Below, one piece after another: positions 40,231-53,108 of a stretch of 64,000 nucleotides of DNA (its first letter is position 1; the number at the start of each line of letters is the position of its first letter). Source of the DNA: Octopus sinensis (taxonomy: Eukaryota). The notes below the pieces were generated by a model. The model was not told the DNA's origin, made no database searches, and saw nothing but the letters and a program-made list of their open reading frames with translations. The position numbers were made by a program, and so were the translations under genes. The stretch spans positions 42,284,001-42,348,000 of the forward strand of contig NC_043005.1 in the NCBI RefSeq assembly GCF_006345805.1, read 5' to 3'.

Positions 40231-42804
40231 TATTGTAAGATATTTTAGCAGGTTCTTTATCGATTATGGAGCAGCATTACGAACGAAACGACTAAAATGC
40301 TGAGAGCTACTATTTGTCAAGTGATGGATTTGGTATTTATTTAAATAATAGTTATGTAGTCGCAGGTTTTCATTTCCCGTTATCTATTCAGCGGTAGCTT
40401 TTGTCTGTTGTCCAGTTTCACACACCTTTCTACTGCCTTCCCTTGGGTATCTTTGTGAAGTCCACTTTGTTGCAACAATTCAGGCAAGGTTTTTGGTTTC
40501 ATCTTCCTTTTTCCGCCACCAGCCGGGGGGAAGGGTCTCTGTACAAAGGTCATTGCCACAACCTTTTACTAAACCTTATCAAAAATCTGTCATCTTGAGA
40601 CATGGCATAGTAACACCATAAACTCTAACAAGGGACGAAACAACAATAACAAACGCAATAATGGCAGAAATAACAATAGCTACAGCTTCAACAATAGTAA
40701 TTTTGAGCACAGCACCAAAGTCTATGGAAAAAGCAACAGATGAAACAATAGACACCGTATATCTAAATATATTTTCACCACCGACACTTAGACATTTTGC
40801 TGTCACATGTTTATACATAAACATTATTATTTAAACACTTACATCTATTCTCAGAATATTCAGTTTCATATACACACAATAATACACATACAAAAAGATA
40901 TAAGATACAAAGCTATGACCAGTGTCTACGCTGATTCGGTGAAGTTTAATATCTAACTATAGACTTCATATGAAAACAGCAAATGTAATTGAAACAGGGA
41001 ATGTAATTGAAAAACTAGAGCAGCTGATGCATAATACTAATAATATAGGTTAAGTAAAAGAAAATATCCCAGGGATGCGTTCTGCCATCTAAAGATACAG
41101 GAGGGTCTCACATATAACATAGTTAAACATTTCGATTAACTGAGAATATTCAGGCACTTAAACATCCAAAAGTTTTAGTTAATTGCTTTGACTGATATTA
41201 TATATCAACGATAACCGCAGGGAAGTTTTGTATACAAATTGCACGAATGATCTGAGTTAATTGAAATTTTTAAACTTCTAAATTATATGTCTTCAGATGC
41301 TAGAGTAACTGTTTTATGTACGTTTTGGCTTGGAAACTACAGATTTTGCATTTAATCAGTCCTTGTTCTAACCATTCTGTAAAAAAATTTTATTAGCAAA
41401 AATGCAATCATAACACATACGTACACACGAGCGATGTGCGCATAAAAGTGTAGTAGGAAGTAAACAACAACGTTGGACGCTGTGTAAACACATAAAAGAA
41501 CTTCAAGCGCGCAGTAATCACTGCCGAGTTATATTCACTGTTAAAACGTCTATAATATGGTGTCACGATTCCTTCATCGCCATGGAAGTTAGCTGACAAT
41601 CGATGTATGCAAATACGTGGACATATCAGTGTCATCTCGTGCCATAGCAATAATAAGAGCGTAGATGGTGTGACGTTTTTCCTTCGTTTATTTTTTTTTC
41701 TTTTCTGCTGCACACTCTGTACGCAGCCAAGATGCGGAAGCCTTTTCACCAATATTACTTATTATGGATTCCAGTAAATATTTTTGATTACTCTCTCACA
41801 CACGCATAAACACGAACACACACACACAAATACGCACACATAGATCAACTAGTTTCAGTGATCATTAAAGCTTCGTCAGGATTCACATAATCTCTCTGGC
41901 TGCTGACAGTGTTTTACCATTTTGACCCTACTCTCCTATTAATCCCACAGTTTTGACGACCCCTTACTGATCCCTTTACTACTAACACACTCCCTTTCCA
42001 TTTCCTCTTTTTTGCGTGTGATTCTGTTATTCATGCAATTCCTCCACCTTCTCTGCTTTATTATTAATGTCCTACTTCTCTTGCCATGATTTTCACTACT
42101 TCATTTCCATTTTTACTGACCTGGATCTTGTACAAAAAAAAATGGTACCACCTCTCTTTTTGCGTTTTATTCCCTGACATTGCATACATCCCAAACTACT
42201 CACTTCATCTTCTACACTACACGCACCTCTCATTGTCATTTCCCCTCTCTGTTGTTGCATCCACATCACTCGCTTGTTTCGAATTTCTCCCCCAGTTTTG
42301 CGACCGTGTTGATAACGCCTCGGCACACTATCTCTCCGGAAAAAGACAAGCAACCAAAACGATGAATGTTCACTTTCCACTTAAAATCGACTCATTTTAG
42401 TGTGAGCTTCTTCAACAATCTTATTTAATAGATTTCCTAAATTTCTGTCTACTAGTTTATACATTTATTAGAATTTCTCACGTGCATTATCTACTTGTAC
42501 AGGAAAATAATTTTAAATTAGTAGTGATAAACGTAATAATAATTAACGATGGAAAGTAGGAATCAATCATTAAGGAAGTAAGAATTAAGAAGTGAAAAGA
42601 ATTTTTTTTTTATATAAATTTTTTAGAATGTAATAATAATAATTATGAAATTCAGCAATGGGGTTTCAACAATATATTGCAGATTAGAGAAGCATATAAG
42701 GAGGTGGATATAAAGGAACTAGAGAATCGGTGATAGTAAAAGTAATATGGAAATTAAAAAAAAAAAACAAAAAATAGATACAATCATGACATATGTTATA
42801 TATA

Positions 42805-42846
<42 letters not shown>

Positions 42847-43311
42847 TATCTGCATGGCCGAACAGCTGTCAGTTATAATGTATATGTATTTTTTAATATC
42901 TTGTTATATTTATTTAGTTATATCTCATTATATTGATGGTAATTATTGTACTGTATTAATGTCTAATCTTAATCCTCTTGTGTAGTGTTTTAATAAAGTA
43001 TATGATTCGGTATTATCTGATAGTTGATGAATGATTTAGATATATTTCTCCATTTTCTTATTTTTTAGTATATATATATATATATATAATACACACACAT
43101 ATATATGTGTATGTAATATATATATAGATATAAAGTAATGGCTATTTGCCAACATAATGATATAATGTGGCAGTCCCAGGATGGGACGAATATTGCTGTT
43201 ATTTAGCCCCAGGAAACATCGTTTCCAGCTGGTTATACATCGCAAAAAATTCTGTGTCCTTATATTTTCGAGCAGGAGAAATCAGCACCTCGACCCAGCA
43301 CAACTTCGCAA

Positions 43312-43351
43312 CCACGGACTAGTTACTGGGTTACTGCTCTTTATCAGCGTG
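43312..43351 (-). ncRNA. Degenerate minimal hammerhead motif
   Basis: CACG|CUGAUAA|AGAGCAGUAACCCA|GUAA|CUAGU|C|CGUG: helix I, palindromic ACUAGU helix III and GUC triplet retained; G8, A13 and helix II damaged. Confidence 0.45.
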
Positions 43352-43742
43352 AAGTGGTTTGGTTGGATAGATATCGCCACTGAACTGCTGTCGAAAATAT
43401 ACAAATTTCAAAGTGATACACATCACTTGTCTACAAAATAGAAATGTTATTTCCAAATCTTTCAAAAAGAGATTTACAATAACCAGCACCATAAAGTAAT
43501 GGCTTTTTGCTTACATAATCTGGCAGTCCCAGGATGGTCGAATGTTGCAGTTATTTTGTCTCGGAAAACATCGTTTCCAGCTGGCTATACGACCCAAAAA
43601 ATTCTGTGTCCTTATATTTTCGAACAGCACAACTTCGACTCATCCAATATTTCTATTTTGCAGATCAGTGATGTGTGCCACTTTGAAATCTATATATTTT
43701 CTACAGCAGTTCAGTAGCGACATCTAGCCAGTCCAAACTACT

Positions 43743-43783
43743 CCACACTGATTAAGAGCAATAACCCAGAAACTTGTCCGTGG
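43743..43783 (+). ncRNA. Degenerate minimal hammerhead motif
   Basis: CCACA|CUGAUUA|AGAGCAAUAACCCA|GAAA|CUUGU|C|CGUGG. Confidence 0.45.
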
Positions 43784-44034
43784 GTGCGAAAGTTGTGCTG
43801 GGTCGAGGTACTAATCTCGCCTGTTCGAAAATATAAGGACACAGAATTTTTTGTGTCGTATAGCCAGTTGGAAACGATGTTTCCTGGGGGGCTAAATAAC
43901 TGTAACATTCGTCTCATCCTGGGACTGCCACATTATGTTGGCAAAAAGCCATTACTATATGGTGCTGTTACTGTACATCTCTCTTTGAGAGATTTAGAAA
44001 TAATATTTAATTCTCTCTCTCTGTACACACAAAC

Positions 44035-44081
<47 letters not shown>

Positions 44082-44158
44082 ATATGTATTATGTATGTTA
44101 TGTATGTATGTATGTGTATGTATGTATGTATGTATGTATTTATGTATGTATGTATGTA

Positions 44159-44194
<36 letters not shown>

Positions 44195-44195
<1 letters not shown>

Positions 44196-44442
44196 CAAAA
44201 TTTAGATTCAAATGAATATGATACTTAAAAGTTAGATGCACCAGAATTTTGCACGGTGTTATCCATATGAATCCATAGGGTGATATAATCAAAATAAGCA
44301 ATAAGAATATCCTCGGTAATTTGGTACGATCGTTTCACGCTACATCATTTTATTAAACATTTTAAGTATTACAATGTTTAATAAAATGATGTAGCGTGAA
44401 TGATCACACCAAATTACCGAAGATATTCTTGTTGCTTATTTT

Positions 44443-44444
<2 letters not shown>
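44195..44444 (-). mobile_element. Fold-back family P element (~75-bp arms) in (TA)n
   Basis: Same tail and arms as 19829-20109 with a different, shorter spacer. Confidence 0.85.
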
Positions 44445-44483
<39 letters not shown>

Positions 44484-45469
44484 TATATATATATGTGTAT
44501 GTATGTATGTATGTATGTATGTATGTATGTATGTATGTATGAATGAATGACTGTATGTATATGCGTGCATTGCTGTGTGTATTTCAATATGTAATAAAAA
44601 AAAAACTGATTGAATATAAGTGTTATCAGTATTAGATATCTTATAACAGGTTTTCTGTGATGATTATTGCAAAACAATTATATAAAGATTTTTTTCCGTG
44701 GTGATCGACTGTATAAATCAGTTTAGGCTATCTATAATTTGAATGTCTTAAATATCGATCCTCATGTCAGCACTTTCAGACTTGTCAGACTTTATGTTTA
44801 GCAGCATAAAATAGCATGTAGGGATAATTAATTTGTCTGTTAGGCAGATATAGCATCAATTTGGTATGTTTGTGTTTGGGTGGCATTTTTCAGTTCTAAA
44901 TACTGCATTAATTTGTTTTGTTTTTTCTTTAGTCTTTAAAGCTCCAGGCATGCTTAGACAATAACAGTGTCTTGCTGTTTTATGGATATTGAAAGAGAAT
45001 AGATGCTCCGTATATTCGCTTTGAAATTAACTGTTAAAAGGATATGGATTTCTTTATTCATAACCAGTTACAGATGCTTAAGCTCGGTGGTGCATCCATA
45101 TTTTATGAAGATAATTTCTGATTAGAGTTGAAGAAATAATTGTATTACAATTACACAGAGATGGAAATCCTGGCTTCTTTATATTTGTTCTTGTATAATT
45201 TCTTCTGGTGGTCTTTGATTTTAGGCTCATGAGGCTTTCAGTACACAGACAGCTAATATTACCTGTATTCTTATAGGTTTGTTGAATTTATATAAAGCAC
45301 TGGTTCTCAACCATTTTTTTCTTTTTGCCTATTCACACCTTTGATTTTTATTTTACTCGAGTGGACCTCCATAGACACTTGAAGCTTTAAAAAATCTTAT
45401 AATATTTTCATAATTAAATATTATTACAAATTGTGTAATAGAATATCTTAAAATATATTGCGTATGCTC

Positions 45470-45900
45470 TTTTACTTGTTTCACACATTTGAATGCGGCC
45501 ATACTGGAGCACCGCCTTGAGGGGTTTTAGTCGAACATATCGATCCCAGGACTTATCTTTTAAGCTTGGTACTTATTCTATCAGTCTCTCTTGCTGAACC
45601 ACTAAGTTACTATGGTATAAACACATCAAAACTGGTTGTCAAGCGGTGATGAGACGATAAGCACAGACACAGATACACACACACACCACACACACACACA
45701 CACAACACACACATATATATATATATATAATATATATATGCGACCGGCTTCTTTCAGTTTCCCTCTACCAAATCCATTCACAAGGTTTAGGTCGGCCCGA
45801 AATTACCGAAGATACTTGTCAAGGTGCCACGCATTTGGACTGAACTTGGAACCATGTGGTCGGGAAGCAAGCTTCTCACCACGCAGTCATGCTTGCGCGT
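45470..45900 (-). mobile_element. SINE family A, full length
   Basis: Both halves and the internal CA/TA microsatellite are present in reverse orientation. Confidence 0.8.
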
Positions 45901-47074
45901 AGAAGAACCAGTGACGTAAGGTGAAACTCTGCTCCTCCACTAAGCCTAGAAAACTTATAACATGGTACAAATAACATTTAAACTAAAAGTGGGGTTAAAC
46001 CAGATACTTTTCCTTCTGTTTAAATTTGTGTTCTTATTATTGGTATATTGCATGTATTGTATTTTGTATTTAGAGCGACTGTCTAGTCAAATAGCATTAT
46101 AATAACAAATGGTGTAGTTAATCACATCAAAAAAGATGTATTTATTCTGTTTGTAAATAATACTGGCAAGTGTTTTTTTTAGTTTTTTCTGTTTTTATCA
46201 AGACTATGGGATTCTGATAAGAAAGCTTATTTATATATAGAAGCTTTTCATTAGGATTTTCGTTGAGAAAATATTTGCCTGCGTTTAGTAATATAATAGG
46301 AGCTAGTAATTTTAATATTTTGTTGCCATATTACTTTTTCCTTTCGCAATTCTTTAATGCTGTAGGTATAAGTTTCGGGCACATGAATTTAATGATTTTA
46401 GTCGATTTTACGGCATTGGGCACTTTTGCTTTTTTGTTTGTTACTAATTTCCCTGCAAGATAACACCATATTTCTTCTACATAGTGTATCAGAATTTTAC
46501 TCGTTCCGTTCATTCTTTCTTTCTTTAGACTTATGCAATTCCCCCAAATCATTCGAAATTTACCTGAACATTACATGAGGACTTTCTGTAAAAGTATCTC
46601 GTTATAACGAAGTGTGTGCGCGCGTTCATGTATTAATTATGCAACTGTAAGGCAAGAGTCGTAAGGATTAGATAAATATTATCTCTCATAGTACTCAATG
46701 CTAACCGAGAAATATCTAAAGCCCATTTAACCATTATAAGTACTCTGAATCAATTTCTGCAGCCTACAGTTGTGAATAGCCTAAAAGTGTTTGTTAGGTT
46801 TTGATATAATGAATATACTAGAAATTCGCTTGCTGTGTTGCACTGAGAAAGTGTTTATAGAATAGATTTGCTTCTGGCTATTCCGAAAACGGCAACGCAT
46901 AGATCTATACATGCCGTTTGTCAAATGTGACTCTCGGAGTATCGGCAGAGTAAAATGTTATCTTTCGGTAAGTAAATAAACATCTCAATAATCAAGTATG
47001 TATTGTGTTCTTACTGTATTTTGCACATCTGAAACAGTCCGATGCAAAAAAAGAATATAATAATCCGTTCTACA

Positions 47075-47272
47075 ACAGGTAGAAAGCCTGAAATGTGGGG
47101 GAGGGGCTAGTCGATTACATCGACCCCAGTGCTCCACTTGGTACTTATTTAATCGACTTCGAAAGGAAAAGTCGATCTCGACAGGATTTGAACTCAGAAC
47201 GTAAGGACGGATGAAATGCTGCTAAACATTTTATCAGGCGTGCTAATGATTCTCTCAGCTCGCTACCTTTAA
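47075..47272 (-). mobile_element. SINE family B (short-tail form)
   Basis: CGATTACATCGACCCCAGTG..GATTTGAACTCAGAACGT..GTGCTAATGATTCT..CAGCTCGCTACC. Confidence 0.75.
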
Positions 47273-47594
47273 AAGGCCTGCAATAAATAATAACTAAATA
47301 ACACATGATGGATGATGTAACAAGAACTGCAAACCTGGACGGATAATAAAGTTAATTAATGCATTGTATATGTCTTTATTCACTTGTTGAACAGAGTGGC
47401 ACTGTGGTTCCGTGCAGGCACCGTAAAACCGGAGGTCCATAGATCGAAATTACGCTCTGCAAATAATAACATGCTGGGTCAAGGAATCACCAAAACCGAA
47501 GTAACGTGGTGGGCAGTGAGAACAACAGGACATTTTGCTTGACATATAAGACGTGTAAGAATATAAGTATACAAGAATATAAGTATATAAGAAT

Positions 47595-48065
47595 GCGGCG
47601 AGCCGGCAGAATCGTTAGCACGCCGGGCGAAATGCGTAACCGTATTTCGTCTGCCGTTATGTTCTGAGTTCAAATTCCGCCGGGGTCGACTTTGCCTTTC
47701 ATTCTTTCGGAGTCGATTAAATAAGTACCAGTTATGCACTGGAGTCGATATAATCGACTTAATCCATTTGTCTGTCCTTATTTGTCCCCTCTGTGTTTAG
47801 CTCCTTGTGGGCAGTAAAGAAATAGGTATTACGTCTTCTGCTACGTTCTGAGTTCAAATTCCTCTGAGGTCGACTTTGTCTTTCATACTTTGGGGTCGAT
47901 AAGATAAGTACCAATTGAACACTGTGGTCGATGTAATCGACTAAGCAAAATTTGAAGTCGTCGTTGCGAAAATATTTATCTCGGCACGCTGGCAGAATCG
48001 TTAGCACGATGGATAAAATGCTTAGCGGCATGTTGTCTGTCTTTACATTTTGAGTTCAAATTCTG
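47595..48065 (+). mobile_element. SINE family B dimeric form plus a further partial copy
   Basis: Same GTAAAGAAATAGGTATT junction as 35936-36335; an extra head at about 47985. Confidence 0.8.
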
Positions 48066-48235
48066 CTGCTGCGATAAACTTTGTATCATTTGAGCGATTG
48101 CGGAACCTGACGCCCGGCCGGTCCAGCTTCAGTTGCTCGCTCCAGCGCCATCCATTTTTGGATGGAGGCGGTCGATTCGGCAGCTAAGTGGTTACACACT
48201 CCTGAGCGGATTCTGACTTCCGTGGCCACCGTCCT

Positions 48236-48372
48236 ACTATGTTACTTATCTTGTTTCCATTTGTTTCTTTCGTTGTTCGCAAAAAAAAGTTCGTATCCCA
48301 TATGTATGTATTTCAGGTTGTTTTCGTATCTCAGGCTGTTTACGTTTTATAACGTCTTGTACCAATATATGC

Positions 48373-48428
<56 letters not shown>

Positions 48429-48438
48429 TATATACATA

Positions 48439-48481
<43 letters not shown>

Positions 48482-49135
48482 TATTATTTACATTATTCTA
48501 TGATTGAACGCCACGTAAGTTTATCTTAATAAGTAAGTTTATCTTAATAATATTAATGCGACTCTCTGTACTGTTCTCTCTCCCTCTTCGTTTCCTCTCT
48601 CTTCCTTTCTCGAGTTCTCTATCTGTCTCTCTCCATGTCTCACTTTTCCTTGTTTGCCCTCTCGTTTCTCATACTTGACCATCGGCCAACTTTCTTTTCC
48701 TAACTTGATCTTCTTTTTTTCCTTTTGATCTGCAACACAGATCACACGCATTCTTGTCTGTCTTCTCTCCTATCTTTTCTTCTGTCAAAGCTTGTTACTC
48801 CAGAGTTCGCTACCTCCCCTCGTTATGGCTTAGCAGCCCTTACTGTTTGTTTTCACCGTCCTGTTTTTTGTTACCAACTTTGACCCTCCTCAAATCCCAA
48901 ATTTAATTTGCTTTGCGGGAGTAACTGCTTTCTCGAAGACACAGCTTGTCACAAGTGCAAGAAATGTGGAGTAGATAAAATAGCCGACAACTGATGAAGG
49001 GTCGTTCTTTATGTTACTTGTCTTGTTTTCCATTTGTTTCTTTCGTTGTTCGCAAAAAAGGTTCGTATTCCATGTTTTCGTATTCCATGTTGTTTACGCT
49101 TTATGACATCCTGTACCCATATATGCATGCGTATA
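48236..49135 (+). mobile_element. Non-coding PLE-like family PY: terminal repeat / (TA)n / body / terminal repeat
   Basis: TATGTTACTT.TCTTGTTT.CCATTTGTTTCTTTCGTTGTTCGCAAAAAA at both 48238 and 49010; pyrimidine-rich body shared with 12660-13045. Confidence 0.6.
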
Positions 49136-49220
49136 TACGTATATATGTAAATATGTACCTATATATATATATGTATATATGCATGTATAATTATATATAT
49201 ATATTATTTATATCATTATA

Positions 49221-49529
49221 CTAGCACTATGACCCGGCGTTGCCGGGTCATAGTGCTAGTGTATGCATATACAACTGCGTGCCTGCGCACATACAGTTAG
49301 CTGGCATATCAAATTTCGGGCATTTTGATTGGGTCTTGGATAGAAAATTTACAAAAAAAGTCACTTCTATTGATTTTTTGATGGCTTTGCGGGGTGACTG
49401 GGGAAATGTAAAGATGTGCACGACCACTCTTGAATGACTATAGAAAGTGCGAGCCCTCTGACTGAAAAATTGTGGATTTGTATAAAGGACACACACAGAA
49501 AGACATTTTGCCGTTTATATATATAGAGA
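49221..49529 (-). mobile_element. Complete 309-bp non-autonomous Helitron
   Basis: Minus strand starts TC(TCTATATATATAAA), ends in a hairpin + CTAG, sits between A and T with no TSD; an empty-site paralogue exists at about 48480-48515. Confidence 0.8.
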
Positions 49530-49554
49530 TGTTTGAACGCCACGCATCCATTTC

Positions 49555-49637
<83 letters not shown>

Positions 49638-49661
49638 CTATCTATCTATCTATATATATAT

Positions 49662-49710
<49 letters not shown>

Positions 49711-49789
49711 TATTAAAAGAATGAGAAGTTCTGTCCACACGTGTGATAGGTATATAAGAAAGAAAAGAAAGTTTGTATGATAAAATTCT

Positions 49790-50700
49790 TAGTGATAAAT
49801 TACATCACTACATCATTGCAAATTAAATACCTGAATGACTCTTTCATACTCTGGATTAACTACTTAAACAAACACCTGGAATTTAAAACACTTCTGAACA
49901 GCATCCACACAAGCATTCAATTCACAATGGAATACAATCAGGAAGCACTTCCATTCCTAGATATTTTAATTAATTAAAAAAACAAACAACAACAAAATCG
50001 AAACAGACATATTTTATAAAACAGCAGATGCAAAGCAATACCTTCTCTTTATCTCTTGCCATCCTTGACACACAAAAACAAAGATCCCCTTCAACCTTGC
50101 AAGAAGAATCTGCACTATTGTCTCAGAGTAAAAAATAACTAGAGACTTAAGACTACAAGAACTGAAAAATTTTCTCCAAACGTTCTCCAGGATAGACATT
50201 ACCCAATCCAACTCATTAATGAAGGAATAGAACGTGCCAAATCTATCAACTGCGAGATATCAAGAAAAACCAATGATATTAACAAACCTCTCCTTCAAAC
50301 GCTACCCTACATTTCCACATACAACCCCAGAAACAAAGAAGCATTCAGCACAATCATACAAAACCTACCAATACTACACAAGGACCCAAAACTAAAAAGA
50401 ATTTTTACGTGACATTAAAATTGTCAAAAGCAACAAACAACCTAAGTCATTAAAGTAACTGCAAAATTATTCCCCTCCACAACCAGCCCCAAAGAAAAAA
50501 AAAAAAAGTAATCGCCCCAACTGTGGTACATGTCCCAACTTTTTTGGAAAGGTCAGAATACTATTTTAAACAAGGTCAACACTTTACAATTAAATCAAAT
50601 TTCACTTGTGCATCCGAAAACCTCATCTACGTAATCAGATGCTCGGACTGTCTGAAAGACTATATCGGTAGATGGGGAATTCTATACGTCAACCACAATT
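49790..50700 (+). pseudogene. Penelope-like element pol remnant (Neptune/Naiad type): RT C-terminal half + start of GIY-YIG
   Basis: KYLNDSFILW (YxDD motif, mutated), LPFLDILI, YLLFISCHP*HTK..IPFNLARRICTIV, NRPNCGTC linker, FTCASENLIYVIRCSDCLKDYIG; several stops and frameshifts. Confidence 0.85.
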
Positions 50701-50756
50701 TTTAGGTATAAATTACTATTCATACAGTACACACACACAGACACACACACACACAC

Positions 50757-50900
50757 ATGACGGGCTTCTGTTTCCGTCTACCAAAATCTCATCACAAAGC
50801 TTTATTCGGCTTTAAAGTAGAAGACATTTGCCCAAGGAGCCACGCAGTGGGACTGAATCCGGAACCATGTGGTTGTGGAACAAACTTCTTACCACACCTT
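50757..50900 (-). mobile_element. SINE family A 5' half
   Basis: CGGGCTTCT..TTCCGTCTACCAAA..GCCCAAGG.GCCACGCAGTGGGACTGAA. Confidence 0.75.
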
Positions 50901-51973
50901 TAATTTGATTTTTTTCGTAGGTGCCAACATTTGTATAATGATATCCAGTTTCATCGCGTTTATAATTCCGTCGTTTATTAATTTTAGAAAAATCAGATCT
51001 GCGAAACGAAATGAAAGCGCTAAATAAATAATTTCCAAAATTTTGATGACCTCTTTTTACTTAAAATATAAAATCTGTACAGCACTTCAAACAAGCCACA
51101 CATATCTATCTAAGGTATTCCTGAGTAACTCCCTGATGCAAAAAAAAAAAAAGCATGAGAAAAGGCATTTCATCTATATCCGTTATGTTCTATTCTCAGA
51201 AATTTCTTATTCCGAATTACATTATCCACAGGTTTTCTTTTCATGATGATCGCTAGTCCAGGATACTTTTCACTGATGTGTCACAACAATGTCGAAACAC
51301 TGGGTGTCACAGAGTGTCCTTACGCTAATGAATCGAGTATGTTATCAACACACATTCGTCTTAAAGAAGATGTTGTTCGCCTTTATGAAACTACAGCAAG
51401 TAGCACATAAACATTCCGTTATGCGAGAATGTACTAAGAATGACTTCGCATAACATTATTTTAATTATCACTGTTCACCGCGCATAGGCCTAGACAGTAC
51501 ACATGCGCGCGTACTATCTAAGACAAAATGCTTTCTCTTCTTTTGTTATGCAGGCAATAAAGTAAGGAAATTTTTGTGGGGATTCCATTGGCTGAAGCAG
51601 TAGCATACATCTACTGCTATCCTTTTTCTCCAGTCAACCAGAATGTCTTTTTTTCGTAACGGCATGTCAGTTTTGGAAGGTTCTTAATTCTGGAAATTAT
51701 CTCCCCTTCTCGTTTCGAGTTAATCGCAAAAACTAAGTGTTTGTTCTATCGTCACTGCAAGTCGATACTTTATTTTATTTTATTTATTTTATTTTATCTA
51801 GTTTCAGCTCACAAGCTGTGGCCAAGGGCACGCCATATATGATATGATATGATATAATATGATATGATATGTTTAAATATCATATATGATACTGATTCTA
51901 AATAGATCAAAAATTTACTTCCTGTGGACTTCTCCTTGCTTACATCACACACACCACACAACACACACCATAC

Positions 51974-52073
51974 NNNNNNNNNNNNNNNNNNNNNNNNNNN
52001 NNNNNNNNNNNNNNNNNNNNNNNNNNNNNNNNNNNNNNNNNNNNNNNNNNNNNNNNNNNNNNNNNNNNNNNNN
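51974..52073. other. Assembly gap (100 N)
   Basis: Run of N. Confidence 1.
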
Positions 52074-52164
52074 GTCCTGGGGTCGATTTATTCTACTAAA
52101 ATACTCTTTAGGTGGTGCTCTAGCATGACCGCAGTCAAATGACTGAAATGTGTAAAAGAATAAA

Positions 52165-52198
<34 letters not shown>

Positions 52199-52228
52199 TA
52201 TATATAATATATATAATATATATATACA

Positions 52229-52413
52229 TAGGCGCAGAACGTGGCTGTGTGGTAAGAAGCTGCTCCTAACCACATGGTTCCGGGTTCTGTCCCACTGTGT
52301 GGCATCTTGGGCAAGAAGAGCTTCTGCTATAGCCTCGGGCCAACTAAAGCCATTGTGTGGATTTGGTAAATTGAAACATCAAGAAATACATATGTGTATG
52401 TGTTTGTGTGTGT

Positions 52414-52490
<77 letters not shown>

Positions 52491-52695
52491 CTGTGCCTGT
52501 ATTGCCCTCCCTCTTTCACCGCTTGACAATCGGTGCTAGTGTGTTTAAGTCCCCGTAACTTAGCCGAGACTGATAAAATAAGTACCACGCTTATAACATG
52601 TAAGTACTGGGGTCGATATATTCGACTAAAATTCCTTCAAGGCAATACCCCAGCATGGCCGTAGTCTAATGACTGAAACAAGTAAATGATAAAAG
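52229..52695 (+). mobile_element. SINE family A, full length, with long internal (TG)n
   Basis: TAGGCGCAGAACGTGGCTGTGTGGTAAG head through AATGACTGAAACAAGTAAA tail; a further tail fragment lies at 52074-52166. Confidence 0.85.
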
Positions 52696-53022
52696 CATGT
52701 ATATATAGAGAGAGTGGGGAGAGGGAGATGTATGTTTGCTTATTGAACGACATATCGGGCAAACTTTTTGAATTATCCACGTGAGATTATTATTCTTGAA
52801 CATTCCTTTGGGAAATATATTTATTTATTCATCCACAGCTATACAAACTCACAGGCCTTCGATTTGTGATTAGTTTGATAAACACGAAAATCTCGGACCC
52901 TAGATAGATATGTTTCTTTATTCGCCACACAGGGCTGAACACAGACAGGACACATTACATAGCAGAGCTTTTCTTTTTGGGGAGAAAAAAAGTGGGGTAG
53001 GTTTTTCGATCAAAAGGGAACG

Positions 53023-53108
<86 letters not shown>

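Larger units (their letters stand above)
43135..44012. mobile_element. Tandem + inverted ~357-bp unit with degenerate hammerheads (PLE pLTR or retrozyme-like)
   Basis: Forward unit 43135-43491, partial second unit 43492-43640, inverted permuted unit about 43640-44012; TA-rich tracts on both sides. Confidence 0.7.

Noticed and set aside
43135-43955. MITE with ~310-bp TIRs
   Set aside because: The right arm extends into the reverse complement of the internal spacer, so the ends are permuted rather than fixed; no TSD can be distinguished from the TA flanks
48986-49022. Hairpin with AUGA as a SECIS element
   Set aside because: No 3' GA partner for the quartet, the stem is too short, and there is no apical AA
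50066-50068. In-frame TGA in the Neptune/Naiad-type PLE as selenocysteine recoding
   Set aside because: It falls in SCHP*HTK at a position that is normally basic (likely CGA to TGA decay), not a Cys position, and the element has other lesions
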